Shown: in pieces, positions 1 through 13,614 of the stretch | How the letters are laid out: each line of letters begins with the position of its first letter | Position numbering within the stretch: position 1 is the first letter of the stretch | Source: Octopus bimaculoides | Taxonomy: Eukaryota | Direction: 5' to 3' | Assembly: GCF_001194135.2 (NCBI RefSeq) | Contig: NC_068997.1 | Span: forward strand, 1,798,345 to 1,862,344 | DNA: 64,000 nt | Program-made: the position numbers and the translations under genes | Notes under the pieces: model-generated | Database searches by the model: none | What the model saw: only the letters and a program-made list of their open reading frames with translations | What the model was told of the DNA's origin: nothing

Positions 1-12
1 ATTACAACCTGT

Positions 13-194
13 TTACTTCTTGTGCAATCTGGAGACGTTTAGTTGGAGTTCTGAATAATTATCAATTCCTCCATACACCTTGCTGATTATATCGTGATCT
101 GCTGTAATGGTTCCATCTATTCTATCATGTGACACTTTCATCAGAACTCTTTCCCTGCTTGTATTAGTATGATCTCTAATACTTTGAGATATGT
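13..194 (-). other. Candidate terminal coding exon of an unidentified minus-strand gene
   Basis: Pyrimidine tract plus AG (cttttcctttttttcatttctgaag|acata), then one open frame (D)ISQSIRDHTNTSRERVLMKVSHDRIDGT...RLHKK ending in TAA at 13-15; the other two frames close early. No homology recognised. Confidence 0.2.
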
Positions 195-224
195 CTTCAG
201 AAATGAAAAAAAGGAAAAGTGACA

Positions 225-372
225 AAAATCGTTAGCATGTCGGGCAAAATGCTTTGTGGCATTTCATTCATCTTTAGGCTGAGTTCAAACTCCACCGAGG
301 TCGAATTTGCCTTTCATTCTCTTGGGGTCGATGAAATGAGTACCAATCGATCACTGGGGTCGATGTAATTTA
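225..372 (+). mobile_element. Degenerate tRNA-derived SINE fragment (family B)
   Basis: GAGTTCAAACTCC B-box-like motif followed by gcctttcattctcttggggtcgatgaaatgagtacc; matches the better-preserved copies at 57186-57622. Confidence 0.7.
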
Positions 373-398
373 GGCCTCGTGCGAATAACAAAAACTGC

Positions 399-421
399 AG
401 CTGCTGCTGCTGCTGCTGCTG

Positions 422-501
<80 letters not shown>

Positions 502-502
502 A
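399..502. repeat. Compound trinucleotide microsatellite (GCT)n(ACT)n(GCT)n
   Basis: Directly visible. Confidence 0.95.
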
Positions 503-831
503 GTACCTTCTATTTGTACTTCAGCCACCCTTATCGATGGTGTCCAGCATCAATAACAATAAATACGACAGCAATAATAACGTTAACGTCAAAAGTGCAC
601 GGGTGGGAGACGAAAGAAGAATTTATTGGTAATGTTGAAAGAGGCAAAGAAAGGAAAAAAGGAAAGGAGAAAGATCAAGCATTTAATATCGCACATAAAG
701 GCAAGGGGTTTATTTGACACAGTTTAGAAATATATNNNNNNNNNNNNNNNNNNNNNNNNNNNNNNNNNNNNNNNNNNNNNNNNNNNNNNNNNNNNNNNNN
801 NNNNNNNNNNNNNNNNNNNNNNNNNNNNNNN

Positions 832-867
<36 letters not shown>

Positions 868-1287
868 GTGAAAAACAAGGTAATTACAAAACTGATACAA
901 AAAAAAAAAGCTAAATTCCATTCTTCAAAATTTTGAAATCTAACATTTGTGCGATTCGTCAAAACAGAACGCATCATTGTGTCGCATATTCAGCAGGGAA
1001 ATGCTAAATTTTTAATTTGGTTTTAAAGTCTTTGTAATTTGTATGAAGTTGTTATTGTCTCCAATGAGATTCTTTAATCAATTCGACAATCGCTTATCGA
1101 ACAATCTTCATTGGAATGGAAATTCTCTGAGACATTATATACACAAACAAACAGTATTACATAAGTATCCACACGAATACATACTTATAAGCACACACAT
1201 TCAAATATACAGGGAAACAGTTTTCAGCTAGATATTTTTTATGTATATACAACCACACATAGGGTTTATGATATAATATGCGCGCGC

Positions 1288-1357
<70 letters not shown>

Positions 1358-1367
1358 NNNNNNNNNN

Positions 1368-1399
<32 letters not shown>

Positions 1400-3999
1400 T
1401 CCTTCTGAAACGAGTTGCTGGTTCTTCCGCTTATAAAAAATCTACTCTACCCAACACGCGAATCGTCTACCCCTTTGAACTGTAGTCTTCCCACTAAACG
1501 TGAATATACTAAAGCGCCGGATACTGCTGCATTCATCTTTTGAGATCCTCTCATATTAACGTACGCTGTTAAAGACACACATATTTCGCAGTAGACGAGA
1601 ACTGGCTGGTATGATCCCTGGAACTGCTACATCACGTGATTTCAGCGAGGTGAGCCTTCTCAGTGGCAGAAGTTCAAGCCTGTATACCATCCAAATCTTA
1701 CTGTCAACATTATATAGAATAGAATTGGTGTTTGAGTTATTGGTATTGCAAACAAGTAGCAGTTTCTTTTTTAAAAATAAATATTAGCGGTGGTAGCAGA
1801 TGATTATCGTCTGCCATGATATATGTCTATGTTTTAACAACGTAAATCAATACGAAAAGACCTCGAAGGCGAATACCGCAATATTCTGTGCTCTAAATAG
1901 TACATCCATGTTGAGTAGGATATAAAGATTGCCTTCTAGTATTAATAGTTTCCGTCGCTAATATTATATACAAAGAAACAGTGTTCTCAGATTTCCTAGA
2001 AATGTAATGCTCAATAATGTATACTCATTGTCGTTGCTAAGCTGAAGTCTACCTATGACTGCTCAGTCGGAAATCTGTAAACAATGTCACAATTTACCAC
2101 ATCATGAATGTTGTTTTATAGTAGATCACTTGCAGAGGAGCAAGGAGGAGAAGATGGCTTGATTACATCGACTTGGCTGTAAATATGAATTTAATTTTGA
2201 CGAACATTGACAACTTTAAGCGAAATATTGCGTGACATGTATGAATCTATTCTTCTAACTTACCGACAATTTTCTCTCTAACATTATGAGCTTGCAGAAT
2301 CGTTACCACACCGGACAACATACTTAGCGGTATTTCTTCCGGTGGTTTTACGTTCTAAGTTGACATTCCACCAAGCACATGATTGCCATTCATCCTTACT
2401 GAATCGATAAAATAAGTATCAATCATATATAAGAGTAGATGAAGTCGACTGGCCCCTTACCCATAATTTCAGGACTTGTGCCGTTAATGGCTAAATGACT
2501 CTTACTGACGTTATTCCATACCACCAAATTGTGAATATATGCTTCCTACCCCAGATATATGCAGGTGGATTTTAACTTACAATAAATATCATGTATTGAG
2601 ACACAGTTTGTACGTCAAAAGTTCACTGGAAGCCCTTTCTGGCTTTTAGGCTAATACCAGATTCCTTAATTGTCGTCAACTCTCCATTCTATCAGGATCT
2701 TAGTTTTCTTAGCGACATTCAACTGAGGCCAAACTGGGGCAATGCCGTGAATTGTTATAATCGCTGGGACGTATTTTGTGTTGCACTTATTTAATCAATC
2801 TATAGTAATTAAACTACATAAGTTCGGATATAAAGGACCCCAAGCTAATAAACATAACACCAATCCTGCACAGTGGGTAATTTAAACACCACAAACATAC
2901 ATATGCACGCACACATGCAGAAAAGTGGTTTCTCATAGTTTCTGTCTACCAAATTCCACAAATAAATTATTGGTCAACTTAAAAACTATCGTAAAACTAA
3001 CTTGCCCAATATGTGGCACAGTTGGGTCGTACCTGCAACTCACGGTTGTGATGCGAATTTCTTAACTATATAACTGCATTTATGACTGTAACCAGTTCCA
3101 TATCGATATCATATTTGACTACACAAGGTTTAAAAAAATATTTCACTGATTTTAATCACGACTTAATCGATAATTTATTACATTTCACAACTTCATTTTA
3201 TATTTATGCCAATTAGTTATCATAAATTTATGGTAGTTAATTACTATATATGTAGAAAGTCATACCTTTTAAAGATACGTTATGCACGATTAAATCTATC
3301 CGGTACTGGTTTTATTAACAATCCTCTAATGATGAATTGTCGACAAGAGTCATGTCGGATCTGAATCGAAAACGTAAACAAATGTATCTAAATTGCACAA
3401 AATATTTAATATGGTTTTAATATGGTACTCTACAGATTCAGCCACTGGCTCCACCTTTGCTCTATATTGTATTGATCTGTACTGGCTATGAACGCTTAAT
3501 GTGATGACACGAGGAAGTATTTTGCAATAGCAAGGTAATTCTTTCCTTGGATTCCAAAGACAAAACCTCTGAAATAAAATTATGAAAATATTCAGCTCTA
3601 TTTATTTATCTCGGATGAATATTCTGGGGAATGTTTATAGAATCTACTTTCAAGATAGATTCTGTACATTTTAATTCACGTGGAATTAGTCTTGATTCAA
3701 CAACGAATATTCTTCAAAAGAAGCGCGTTAGAATGACAGATGTACAGAACTACCTGAGATGGAACAATGTCAGAACTGATGCAAAAAAAAGAAATGATAA
3801 ACTCTCAGAAGTATTGGGACTTCAATAATAGTGGAATTTTAGTGTAGTGGTATGCGATGATGGCGGAATCTGGAAGGACAGCTAAAAGTGATAGGCTGCC
3901 AAATGTCGATTGGCAGATATGTTATCATAGAAGATACAAACTTATTGAGTTGCATTCAGAATTCCAATATTGTCTGTGGCAGTATTTCTATCTGTTAGT

Positions 4000-4450
4000 G
4001 ATAAGTTTGTAAATTTGTACCAGTAATGTATCAGGGTCAATATATTCACAGCAATCCATTTTCCTTGTCTTAAAGAATTAATCTATGCTTATCACAAACG
4101 ACACTGATTTTGGAATTAATGTAGCTATTTCCGTACAAACTGGAATCTATAATCATAACAAAAACAACATTGAGTTTCAAATTGTAACACGTTCGAGTGC
4201 GCAGTGATATTCTTGTTGGAGTCTACAAAGCATTTGGTCAGGCGCATATTGGAATCAACTTAATTGACGTTATCTCTATGACGTATTGGCATTGTACCTA
4301 AGACAGAAATATATAATTAATCAATGCATATAGGATTTATACTTCTGCAATGGAACATGGCAATAGATGACATTTGAGAGCCACTGGTGCAATTTGGTAT
4401 CTCATTTCTTTGGAAATTATATTAACATCTTTAAATATTTAATAACTATT
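4000..4450 (+). pseudogene. Highly decayed LINE reverse-transcriptase remnant (RTE-like)
   Basis: Broken frames give LVGVYKAFGQAH (cf. FVDxxKAFDxV), TYGI.P and ATGAIWYLISLEII (cf. GVxQGxxLSPxLF) in the expected order; many stops and frameshifts. Confidence 0.3.
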
Positions 4451-7400
4451 CTATGTAAACAGAGATCAGTTAAAGAGACAATAGTTCATATTGTAAGTAC
4501 AACAGCAGACGTAATATTGTCTCTCTAAAGCTACACCACTTAAATCTTTACTCCTTTCTCTCACTCTGTTTTTCCATCGGAACCTATCAGTTTCATTGTA
4601 TCATCTTCGCTAGAGGTTAATAAGTAACAAGTTCCAGTCTAGTACATCTCGCTTGCAAACTTCGAATCAGCCAGAAACAGGAATCCGTAATTATCTTGAA
4701 CGGATGTTCTATTGCATTATGTTCTCACTTGCTAAATGTCAACTGTGTGATGACTGTTCGATATCAGTGAGAAGTGATCAGGTACATGTATCCATCATCA
4801 TGCTGATATTCAGAGAAAATTCTTAAAAGATTTGTGAATCGCTAATTTCATAGCTCACTGTTCAGAACCAACAAACTCCATACCCTATTCAATTATGATT
4901 TAAATCACAAATCATCACTTGATTAACTTCAGGATGCTCTAACATTTCAACCTTTAATGCGATTGTATTGATAATTAACACAACAATTCTCCATGTTTCT
5001 CATATTGTATGAACCTGGCTACACAGATAATGACAGGGAACTCTGTATATTCCAATACATTAAACAATAATACGCCATTTTAAAGTTTGGGATAGAGCTT
5101 ATTGTATTAAACAATTGCTGCAATCCTGTCGTTGAATTCTATCAAGCGAATGACATGAATGGCTGTGGACTGTGACATTATTAGGTACGCATTGTCTTCT
5201 AACTTATTCCAGTTGACAGAAACATTACACAGCGCTTGTCTTAGGTGCTATTCAACAAAGCATTATCTCGTATGTATATCATGTAGTCCTACAGAAAACA
5301 CAGGAAGCATTATTAAAAGTATATTTATACAAATAATTCTTTTTATCTGGATTTCCAATACTGTTAACGAGTTGCTGCTATGTTTATCGAGTTACTATTG
5401 TCAGCTAAATGGTAAAAAACGATGACTTTTTTAAAGTGGTCTACATATACTAACCTCCTTTAGGTTTTCTTTATGAACTACCTGCTTTTTCTGATGCTCG
5501 ATATTCTCTTTTCTTCCTTACAATTTGTATAACATTTTGTTTAAAAATATGATCCGATTTCCTTTAAATTTCAATTCTACACTTCCTACCTCTGGCAACC
5601 AACACAAACCAAACCAAGTAACACAGCCGTAACATAATTACTGAGAGTAAACTCCTTTACTCCTCCGTAATTCACAGCAAAAAACAAAGTAAAAAAATTA
5701 GTGTCGTCAGCAAAGCAAATGGTTGTTATATTTGATATTATTTTATCGTTTATCCGACCTTCATTCAGCTTTGATGACTCATTGTGTTTGATGTGTTCTT
5801 AGCAATATATATAAACATCACTCTCTCACTAACTCACCTCCCCTCAGTCTGTCTATATATCGATGTATCTATCTGTCTATCTACTTGTCTGTCTATCTAC
5901 TTGTCTGTCTATCTACTTGCACATTCAGACAAACGGACACAGTATTAGTTCGTAGCAGTGCAATCTTACTGTGAGCCTTGCATCACCACCATCATTCGCA
6001 GTGTAGAGATTGTAGTCGTCTGCATTGCATTAACCTTAGCAACACTCATACACTGTACATACACACACAAAACAATTATATAGCGTACTCGAGACAACCG
6101 GGCCAGTGAAGTAGCCTTGATGTGGTCGCACTCTCTGCTGAAAATGGGAGGCAAGTCTCCCTCTAATCATAATCTATCGTCTTAAAATTCGAACAATACG
6201 TTGAACAATGTATTCGTATATGCATAAATCCATGGGATGAGCAAGGCTCTGATACTTTCACCGTGTGGCTTGTTAGTAGATGATAGAGAGTTCAACAAAG
6301 CCATATAGCGATGCCTGCACGAGCCAAAGAAGAGGGTTTCACAAGGTGCTGGACCTCTAGAAACAGCATCCAAATCTCCCTTAAATGACACCCTACTGTT
6401 AGAAAATTTAGTCTGGAGTAAATTATACAGGAACAAACATAGACCAGATGATGACGTTACAGTTACACGTATTTACTCTTTAAGGGCAGTCTTAGGAGTA
6501 AACAACAACAATTTATGGCTGTAATTATATTGTATCCAATAATTAAATCAAATCACCATTCTCCGATTACATTTGAGCTGTTGCTAATTGGTTAGAATTT
6601 AATTAGGTGATTAATAGTCAATTCCGTTTCATAGAATTAACTAGAAATATTGATTTATCATCATTTAGCACTTTAACCACTGAGCCATGCGAGTGAATTC
6701 GTTAATATCGATTTCAAAGATAGGTATGAAGCCTTAAATTTAGGGAAAGAGGCACAGATATTTACAGCTATTTAACTGGTACTTTCTTTTATCAAACCCA
6801 GAAAAATGAATGATTAAGTTATTCTCGTGGATATTTGCGCCACCCAACAAATGTGAGATATCACGTGTTTATGAGATATCCTCTCTAAAACGTTCTAAAT
6901 ACCCGAAAGAGTCGTGTAGATGTATCAGCATCGTTTCTTACTGTTTCACCTTTGAATATATTGAGTTCAAATCACACAGACGATGATTTTACATTTTATA
7001 ACTTAGGGTGATCATATAAAAAAAAAACTATACTGCTGTGATCGTTTCCCTCCACGCCGTACCTGGTCCTGACGTGACCGTCACGACACTGTGTATCTCG
7101 GACTACCATTAAAATTTGTTTACGGCCACTGTAAGCTAGCGGTTCAGCAAAAGAGACCGACAAAATAAGTTCCATGTTAAAAAGAAAATAGTGGGATCCA
7201 TTACTTCGACTAAACATTTCAAGGCAGTGTCCCAGCATTGCTAAAGTTCAATGACTGTAAGAAGCAAGAGACAAGACAAAATTATAAATCGAATTCAATT
7301 GTTTGATCATATATCTGATATTTTACGGTATCGACAATACAAAACAGTAATATAATAATCATTTCACCCCACATTGTTTTATAAGCTGAAAAGTCTGATG

Positions 7401-7538
7401 CCTTAGTAGAGTTCACCCTGTTGCAAACATTAGACACAATTCACCGGTTCGAAACTAACTGCCTCCCTCTTTTGCACAGGTCTTGGAAACTCTGTAAACG
7501 TAAGTCAATGGTGCTGCTGTTCACTCCCTGATTATAAC

Positions 7539-7942
7539 TCTTTTACTTGTTTCAGTCATTTGACTGCGGCCATGCCGGAGCACCGACTTTAGTTGAGCAA
7601 ATCGACCCCAGGACTTATTCTTTGTAAGCCTAGTACTTATTCTATCGGTCTCTTTTTGCCGAACCGCTAAGTTACGGGGACGTAAACACACCAGCATCGG
7701 TTGTCAAGCGAAGTTGGAGGGACAAAGACAGACATACAAGCATTTATACACACATACATATACATATACATATATACGACGGGCTTCTTTCAGTTTCCGT
7801 CTACCAAATCCACTCATAAGGCTTTGGTCGGCCCGAGGCTATAGTAGAAGACACTTGCCCAAGGTGCCGCGCAGTGGGACTGAACCCAGAACCTTGTGGT
7901 TGGTAAGCAAGCTACTTACCACACAGCCACTCCTGCGCCTAT
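7539..7942 (-). mobile_element. Near full-length tRNA-derived SINE (family A)
   Basis: Reverse complement begins ataggcgcaggagtggctgtgtggtaagtagc...gggttcagtcccactgc (A/B boxes), has an internal (TA/CA) tract and ends ...gactgaaacaagtaaaa. Other pieces at 7110-7280, 27590-27790, 33784-33927, 43970-44287, 60799-60958. Confidence 0.85.
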
Positions 7943-8003
7943 AAGGTAAAAATTTGCGAGAAAAGAAAATTTAGCATCTTATGATAATTCTGCTTCTTAT
8001 TGC

Positions 8004-8282
8004 ATTACTTAGCCCGTCAGTAACGCTTTTCCGTGATTAGAGAAAAAGAGAGAGAAAGAAAAGAGGAAGAGAGAAAAAGTGGGAGTGAGAAAAAGAGAGA
8101 GAGAGAGGCGTTCATGACATGAGGTAGAAGGAATGTAATTGTGATGCTTTCACGTGATTAGTTGAAGCGAAAGAGAGGAGAAAGTAAAAGGCGAGAGAAA
8201 AAAAGATAAGGTGAAGAGTGAGACAGAAAGAGAGGGAAAGAAAAAGAGGGAAAGAGAAGCGTGAGGTTAAATAAAGGCAGAG

Positions 8283-8339
<57 letters not shown>

Positions 8340-8585
8340 AGACAGGAAGGGAGAGAAATGATGATGGTGGTGGCTGTGGTAGTGGTAGTGGTGCATAAAG
8401 TATATAAGGTGTATATATAAAGTGCATTACGTAATCATCGTATTCCAGTTTCTTTCAATTTTGAATGTGTAGTAGGTGAGCGACTATCAATTCAGACGCA
8501 ACACAGGCTACGTTTCAGAGAATTTTTGGGATAAAGCTTTCAGAAAAAGCCCAATATTCCGAGAAATATTCACTGGTCCCACTAG
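8004..8585 (+). mobile_element. Non-autonomous Helitron 3' fragment
   Basis: Colinear with 11290-11637 (ttacttagccc..gtaacgct; ataaagtg..gcaacacaggctac..ggataaag..cagaaaa) and ends in CTAG|T at 8582-8586. Confidence 0.7.
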
Positions 8586-9358
8586 TATGAATTGTTCTTC
8601 TTAAAAATTACAAAATTAGAAGAGGATGGATGAATTTAAAATCCGTTTGTCAACTTTTTAACAGTCTGCTGTAATTGGAATTATTATTTTCAGTGTTTAA
8701 ACACAATTCTTGTTTCACAATACGCCTGGTTCAATTTATTATTATATATGATTACAACGGTTTATATATCTGAATAATAGTTTTTGAGATTATCTCTTCA
8801 AGCAAGTTTTCAGATTACTTGAAAATATTAAGTGTAGTTAATATTCTTCTACAAACATATGTTGCATCTGATTGCCACCAGCTAAACCTTTCATCTATAC
8901 ACCATATTGAATACAAGAAAATGTTTTCGTTATAAAGGAGTTTTAACGGGTCATTCAAAATCTACCAGGTGATTTCAACTACAAAAGAAGCCGACTTCAT
9001 TTGAAGAAATATCTAACATTCCGTAAGGAATTCAGTATCTGTCCCAAACAGCCCTTTGTTACTCAATAGGTTTTTGTTCTTATTGTCATTTTTAAGTAAA
9101 TATTCTTTGAGTGACATTACCAATGAATACAGAGAAGTGGAACACACACACACACAAAGACATGTCTGTGTGTATAGTTATATATATGAATACATACACA
9201 CACGCACATATGTCTCTATCTATCTATATGTATGTGTGTATGTGTATATATATATATATTAATATCAAAGATCCCTATGACAGGTTGTAATCCTTTGAAA
9301 CATATGTAGGAATAAAGTATGCAATTATAACATGCGTTTTCTCCATTCCTTAAATTTT

Positions 9359-9389
<31 letters not shown>

Positions 9390-9397
<8 letters not shown>

Positions 9398-9523
9398 GCT
9401 AAATGTGAAAACTAATTTCTGTGTATCAGTATGTCACACTTTATCCCCCTTCCTCTCTATTCAATGACACTTCTACTATTTCTCATGCTGGGAGGAGGTG
9501 AGGGCGGTGGCTAAGACAGAGAG

Positions 9524-9608
<85 letters not shown>

Positions 9609-11637
9609 GAGAGACAGAGAGATAGAGAGAGAAACAGAGGGAGAGAAACAGAGACAAAGACATTTAGGGAGAGTCGATGATGTTTTATTAAAAGTAGTAA
9701 TTTTTGATGGTGGCAGTGGGGGTCATAATAAGAGAGAGAGAAAGAGTGGGTATGTGAGAGGAAAAGGGAGATGATGTACAACTTTGTTTAACTATGTCTC
9801 GTTGACAGAAATTCCTGTGGCCAACATACTGAACAATGAACTAACATACTGAACCAACGTACTGAACCAATATACTGAACACTGAATTCTTTTACACACA
9901 TATTTAGCCTTTCGCTTTTATCAGTTTTGTTTTATTTTTGCTTTCTTTAATCTATATATATGATAATAAATGAGAACGCAAATGTCGTTGTGTCAGTGTG
10001 TCACACGTTTTCAACTTTACTCCTCCAACCCCTTCTCTCACTATTCAATGGCACTTCTACTATTTCTCGTGCTTTATTCTTCTTTCATTATTCAATGACA
10101 TTTCTACTATTCCTCATGCTTTACCTCCCTCTCACTTAAATGCGAAAGCTAATGTCTGTATGTCAGTGTGTCACACTTTTTCAACTTTACTTCTTCGACA
10201 CTCTCTTTCACTATTCAATGACACTGCTACTATTCCTCATGCCTATTTTCGGTAGCTCTTTCAGTTCTAAACCAGAACATGTTTTATAACTCCGAGAACT
10301 GAAAGCGCTTGGACATTTTTTGGATATTTACCTCTCATAACTCTCAACTATAAAAATGTTGGAAACTTAGTATTTTTTTCAGATTTGATTAACCATGTTT
10401 ATGCTAACATTAAACACCATTTCATGGATTCAAGCTCGTTTTGTGAGAGGGCCATATTAGCTCACAAGTATCAAACTGTGGATAGCATCAACTGAAAACT
10501 TCTCCAAGAAATTCCCAAAGAAAGCATAGAGTCCTTTTCCGTTGACACTGTGGTTGAACAAGTGCAGGCAGTGAATTATCCTATAGAGTTCCTGAACTCA
10601 TTGAATGCTATCACACAAGCTAGAATTAAAAGAAAATGTGCGAGTTATGCTATTGAGAAATCTGGATCCTCCAAAGCTTTGTAATGGAGAAGGTTAATTG
10701 TCAAGAAGATGCTTCCTCATCTCTTGGAAGCAGAGATCCTTACTGGTTCAGGAAAAGAGGAAAGAATTTTAATTCCAAGAACCCCCTTAATTCCTCCAGA
10801 TCATTCTTTTGAGTTCAAAAACTTTAATTTCCAGTGAGAGTGAGTTGTGCGAAGTCAGTCAATAAATTCCAAGAAAACTCAATGAAAGTAACTGGGCCTC
10901 ATCTGATGGAACCTTTTTTTCCTTACGGCTTACTCATTGTTGGTTATTCATGGGTCGGGAATGAAAACATTCTATTTATACTGACCACTGATGGGAAGAC
11001 AGAAAATGATCATGCTGCTTTTCAATCATTGTTTTGNNNNNNNNNNNNNNNNNNNNNNNNNNNNNNNNNNNNNNNNNNNNNNNNNNNNNNNNNNNNNNNN
11101 NNNNNNNNNNNNNNNNNNNNNNNNNNNNNNNNNNNNNNNNNNNNNNNNNNNNNNNNNNNNNNNNNNNNNNNNNATATATGGGAGGGATGGGAGGGATGGG
11201 GGAGGGAAAGGTGGGACGGGAAGAAAGATGGGGAGAGATGGTGGTGAGTGATGTGTAATTTTCTTTTGAACTAAAATTTTCTCCTCCGTTACTTAGCCCT
11301 TCTGTAACGCTTTCACGTGATTAATTGAAGGAAAGGTGGGGAGCGAAAAAAGAAGGTGAGATATAAAAGAGGATATGGCGAAGAGTGAGAGAAAGAAGGA
11401 GAATGCTGTGTATTAAGTTTATAAAATTGTTCATAAAATATATAAAGTGTGTATATAAAGTACATTAAGTAATCATAGTATTCCAATTTCCTTCGCCATT
11501 AAATGATTAACAGACGAACGACTACCTTTTGATACCATCGCAACACAGGCTACACTTTCAGCTTTTTGGATAAAGTTTTCAGAAAAGACCCAGTTAATTT
11601 ACCATTAACTCCGTGAAATAATCACGGGTCCCGCTAG
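9390..11637 (+). mobile_element. Internally deleted Helitron
   Basis: Contains a helicase remnant and a 3' hairpin CCGTGA-aataa-TCACGG followed by CTAG at 11634-11637. The 5' boundary is uncertain; the 5' part has sub-repeats (tattcaatgacacttctactatt x4; ccaacatactgaa x4). Confidence 0.75.
10382..11036 (+). pseudogene. Helitron RepHel C-terminal PIF1-type helicase remnant
   Basis: Translation across frameshifts: CERAILAHK..VDSIN, NYPIEFLNSL, HKLELKENVRVMLLRNLDPPKLCNG, ILIPRTPLIP, FPVRVSCAKSVNKFQENS, typical of Helitron helicases; stops and frameshifts present. Confidence 0.92.
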
Positions 11638-11938
11638 CAATAATTATACTAGCATAATATAAATAACATGTCAAATGTTTTGGTGCGTGACTTTTGACCC
11701 ACACTATGTGTGTGTGCGTGAGTGTATGTTCATGTGTGCATGGATGTATGTGCACGTTCTGTAAATATATGTTGTGCATGAGTGCACATGTGCGCGTGAT
11801 GATATACAATTACTTCATACCATGGTTTCACACATACTCGACAGGACAGTGACATCTGTCTGCCATCTACTCAGAGATTCTCTGAGAAACCGCGTCATTG
11901 ATTTTATTATGCATTTACGACATTCATACTTATACATA

Positions 11939-11977
<39 letters not shown>

Positions 11978-12461
11978 CCACACATATACGCAGTATCTGC
12001 ATACATTTATATACGTTTTCTTCAATAAATCTTCATAGTTTACAACGTGATAATTGGTGTTTCTCTGATTAATCATTGTCAATCCCTTCATTGTGCGCAT
12101 GTGTGCGTCCTTTACTGTGTGAGCAAACTGCACAACAATGGCAAATGAATCTTTTGGTTTTGTCTGCAATAACTGTTATGCCATACTGGTACAAAAGAAA
12201 ATGCTATTTTCAACTGAAATAATTATCTGAAGCAACTACCTCACAACACTGGCAGTCATGCGTAATAGAGCTTCGCAGGGAATACAATATAATGTACATA
12301 TAAATTTGTATATTAAAGTTCAATTCTAAAACAGAGAGAAGATATTGGCTTCCAATGTTTGAAAATTTATATGAAACTAGATGAGCTTACATGGTTAGTA
12401 AGAATTGCTACAGGGATCAACGAGTCAGTCCCACCCGTTTTTACACACACAAACACATACG

Positions 12462-12494
<33 letters not shown>

Positions 12495-12625
12495 GCGCTC
12501 ACACACACACACAAACGCACACACAGACACACACACATACACTCACGCATGCACACATACAAAAATTGCTTTATATATATATATATATATACATATACAC
12601 ACATGCACATTTCATATGCATTCGA

Positions 12626-12662
<37 letters not shown>

Positions 12663-12717
12663 CATGATTGACCGTTGACTGAACACTATTCAATTTTTTT
12701 TTTCCTTGTCTCCGTAT

Positions 12718-12754
12718 TCTTTCTGTTGAAGAGCGTAGCTCGAAACGTCAAAGA
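12718..12754 (+). ncRNA. Minimal type I hammerhead-like motif with variant core, in a Penelope-like pLTR remnant (~12670-12840)
   Basis: TCTTT-CTGTTGA-A-GAGC gta GCTC-GAAAC-GTC-AAAGA: 5-bp helix I, 4-bp helix II, loopless palindromic ACGT helix III, GUC cleavage triplet. Confidence 0.6.
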
Positions 12755-13020
12755 CTTTCCGTATTCCCGAGCGTCATACTAATATATACTTTTGTTATTT
12801 ACACCACCTGTCCTCGTCTGTTGTTATTATTTGTATATTCTNNNNNNNNNNNNNNNNNNNNNNNNNNNNNNNNNNNNNNNNNNNNNNNNNNNNNNNNNNN
12901 NNNNNNNNNNNNNNNNNNNNNNNNNNNNNNNNNNNNNNNNNNNNNNNNNNNNNNNNNNNNNNNNNNNNNNNNNNNNNNNNNNNNNNNNNNNNNNNNNNNN
13001 NNNNNNNNNNNNNNNNNNNN

Positions 13021-13055
<35 letters not shown>

Positions 13056-13366
13056 TAATCGAACGAATGCATATGCATGAATACATGTATGAAATGTGCA
13101 TGTGTGTACAAACTCAATTATAATATGTGTATTCTTGTGATTATATATATCATGAACTTTAATGATTACAGTCATAGATAATTTTTTTTCTTGCTTTAAT
13201 GGTAGAAATAGTTGAAAACTCAGAGTTATCCTCAACAGCATTTACTGACCTTTTAGAAATTAGCAATTTCCTTTAGATTTGAACCAATAGCATTTTTTAT
13301 TAACATTTATGTAATAATCTCACAGTGGTTATTACTGACATAAGAATTTATACATGCATATGCATG

Positions 13367-13411
<45 letters not shown>

Positions 13412-13524
13412 TCATACGCACACATAACCACACGCATACACATATATCTATATAAACGTACATATGCGCATATATCCATCCACACAAATATGCAAATATG
13501 AATACACACACATACACGCATATA

Positions 13525-13614
<90 letters not shown>

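Noticed and set aside
5966-6520. Complex-looking ORFs near 6.0-6.5 kb, also 3631-3828, 5159-5425 and 25137-25337
   Set aside because: Short, interrupted and without a motif I can name confidently; probably old transposon debris (25137-25337 weakly mariner-like).
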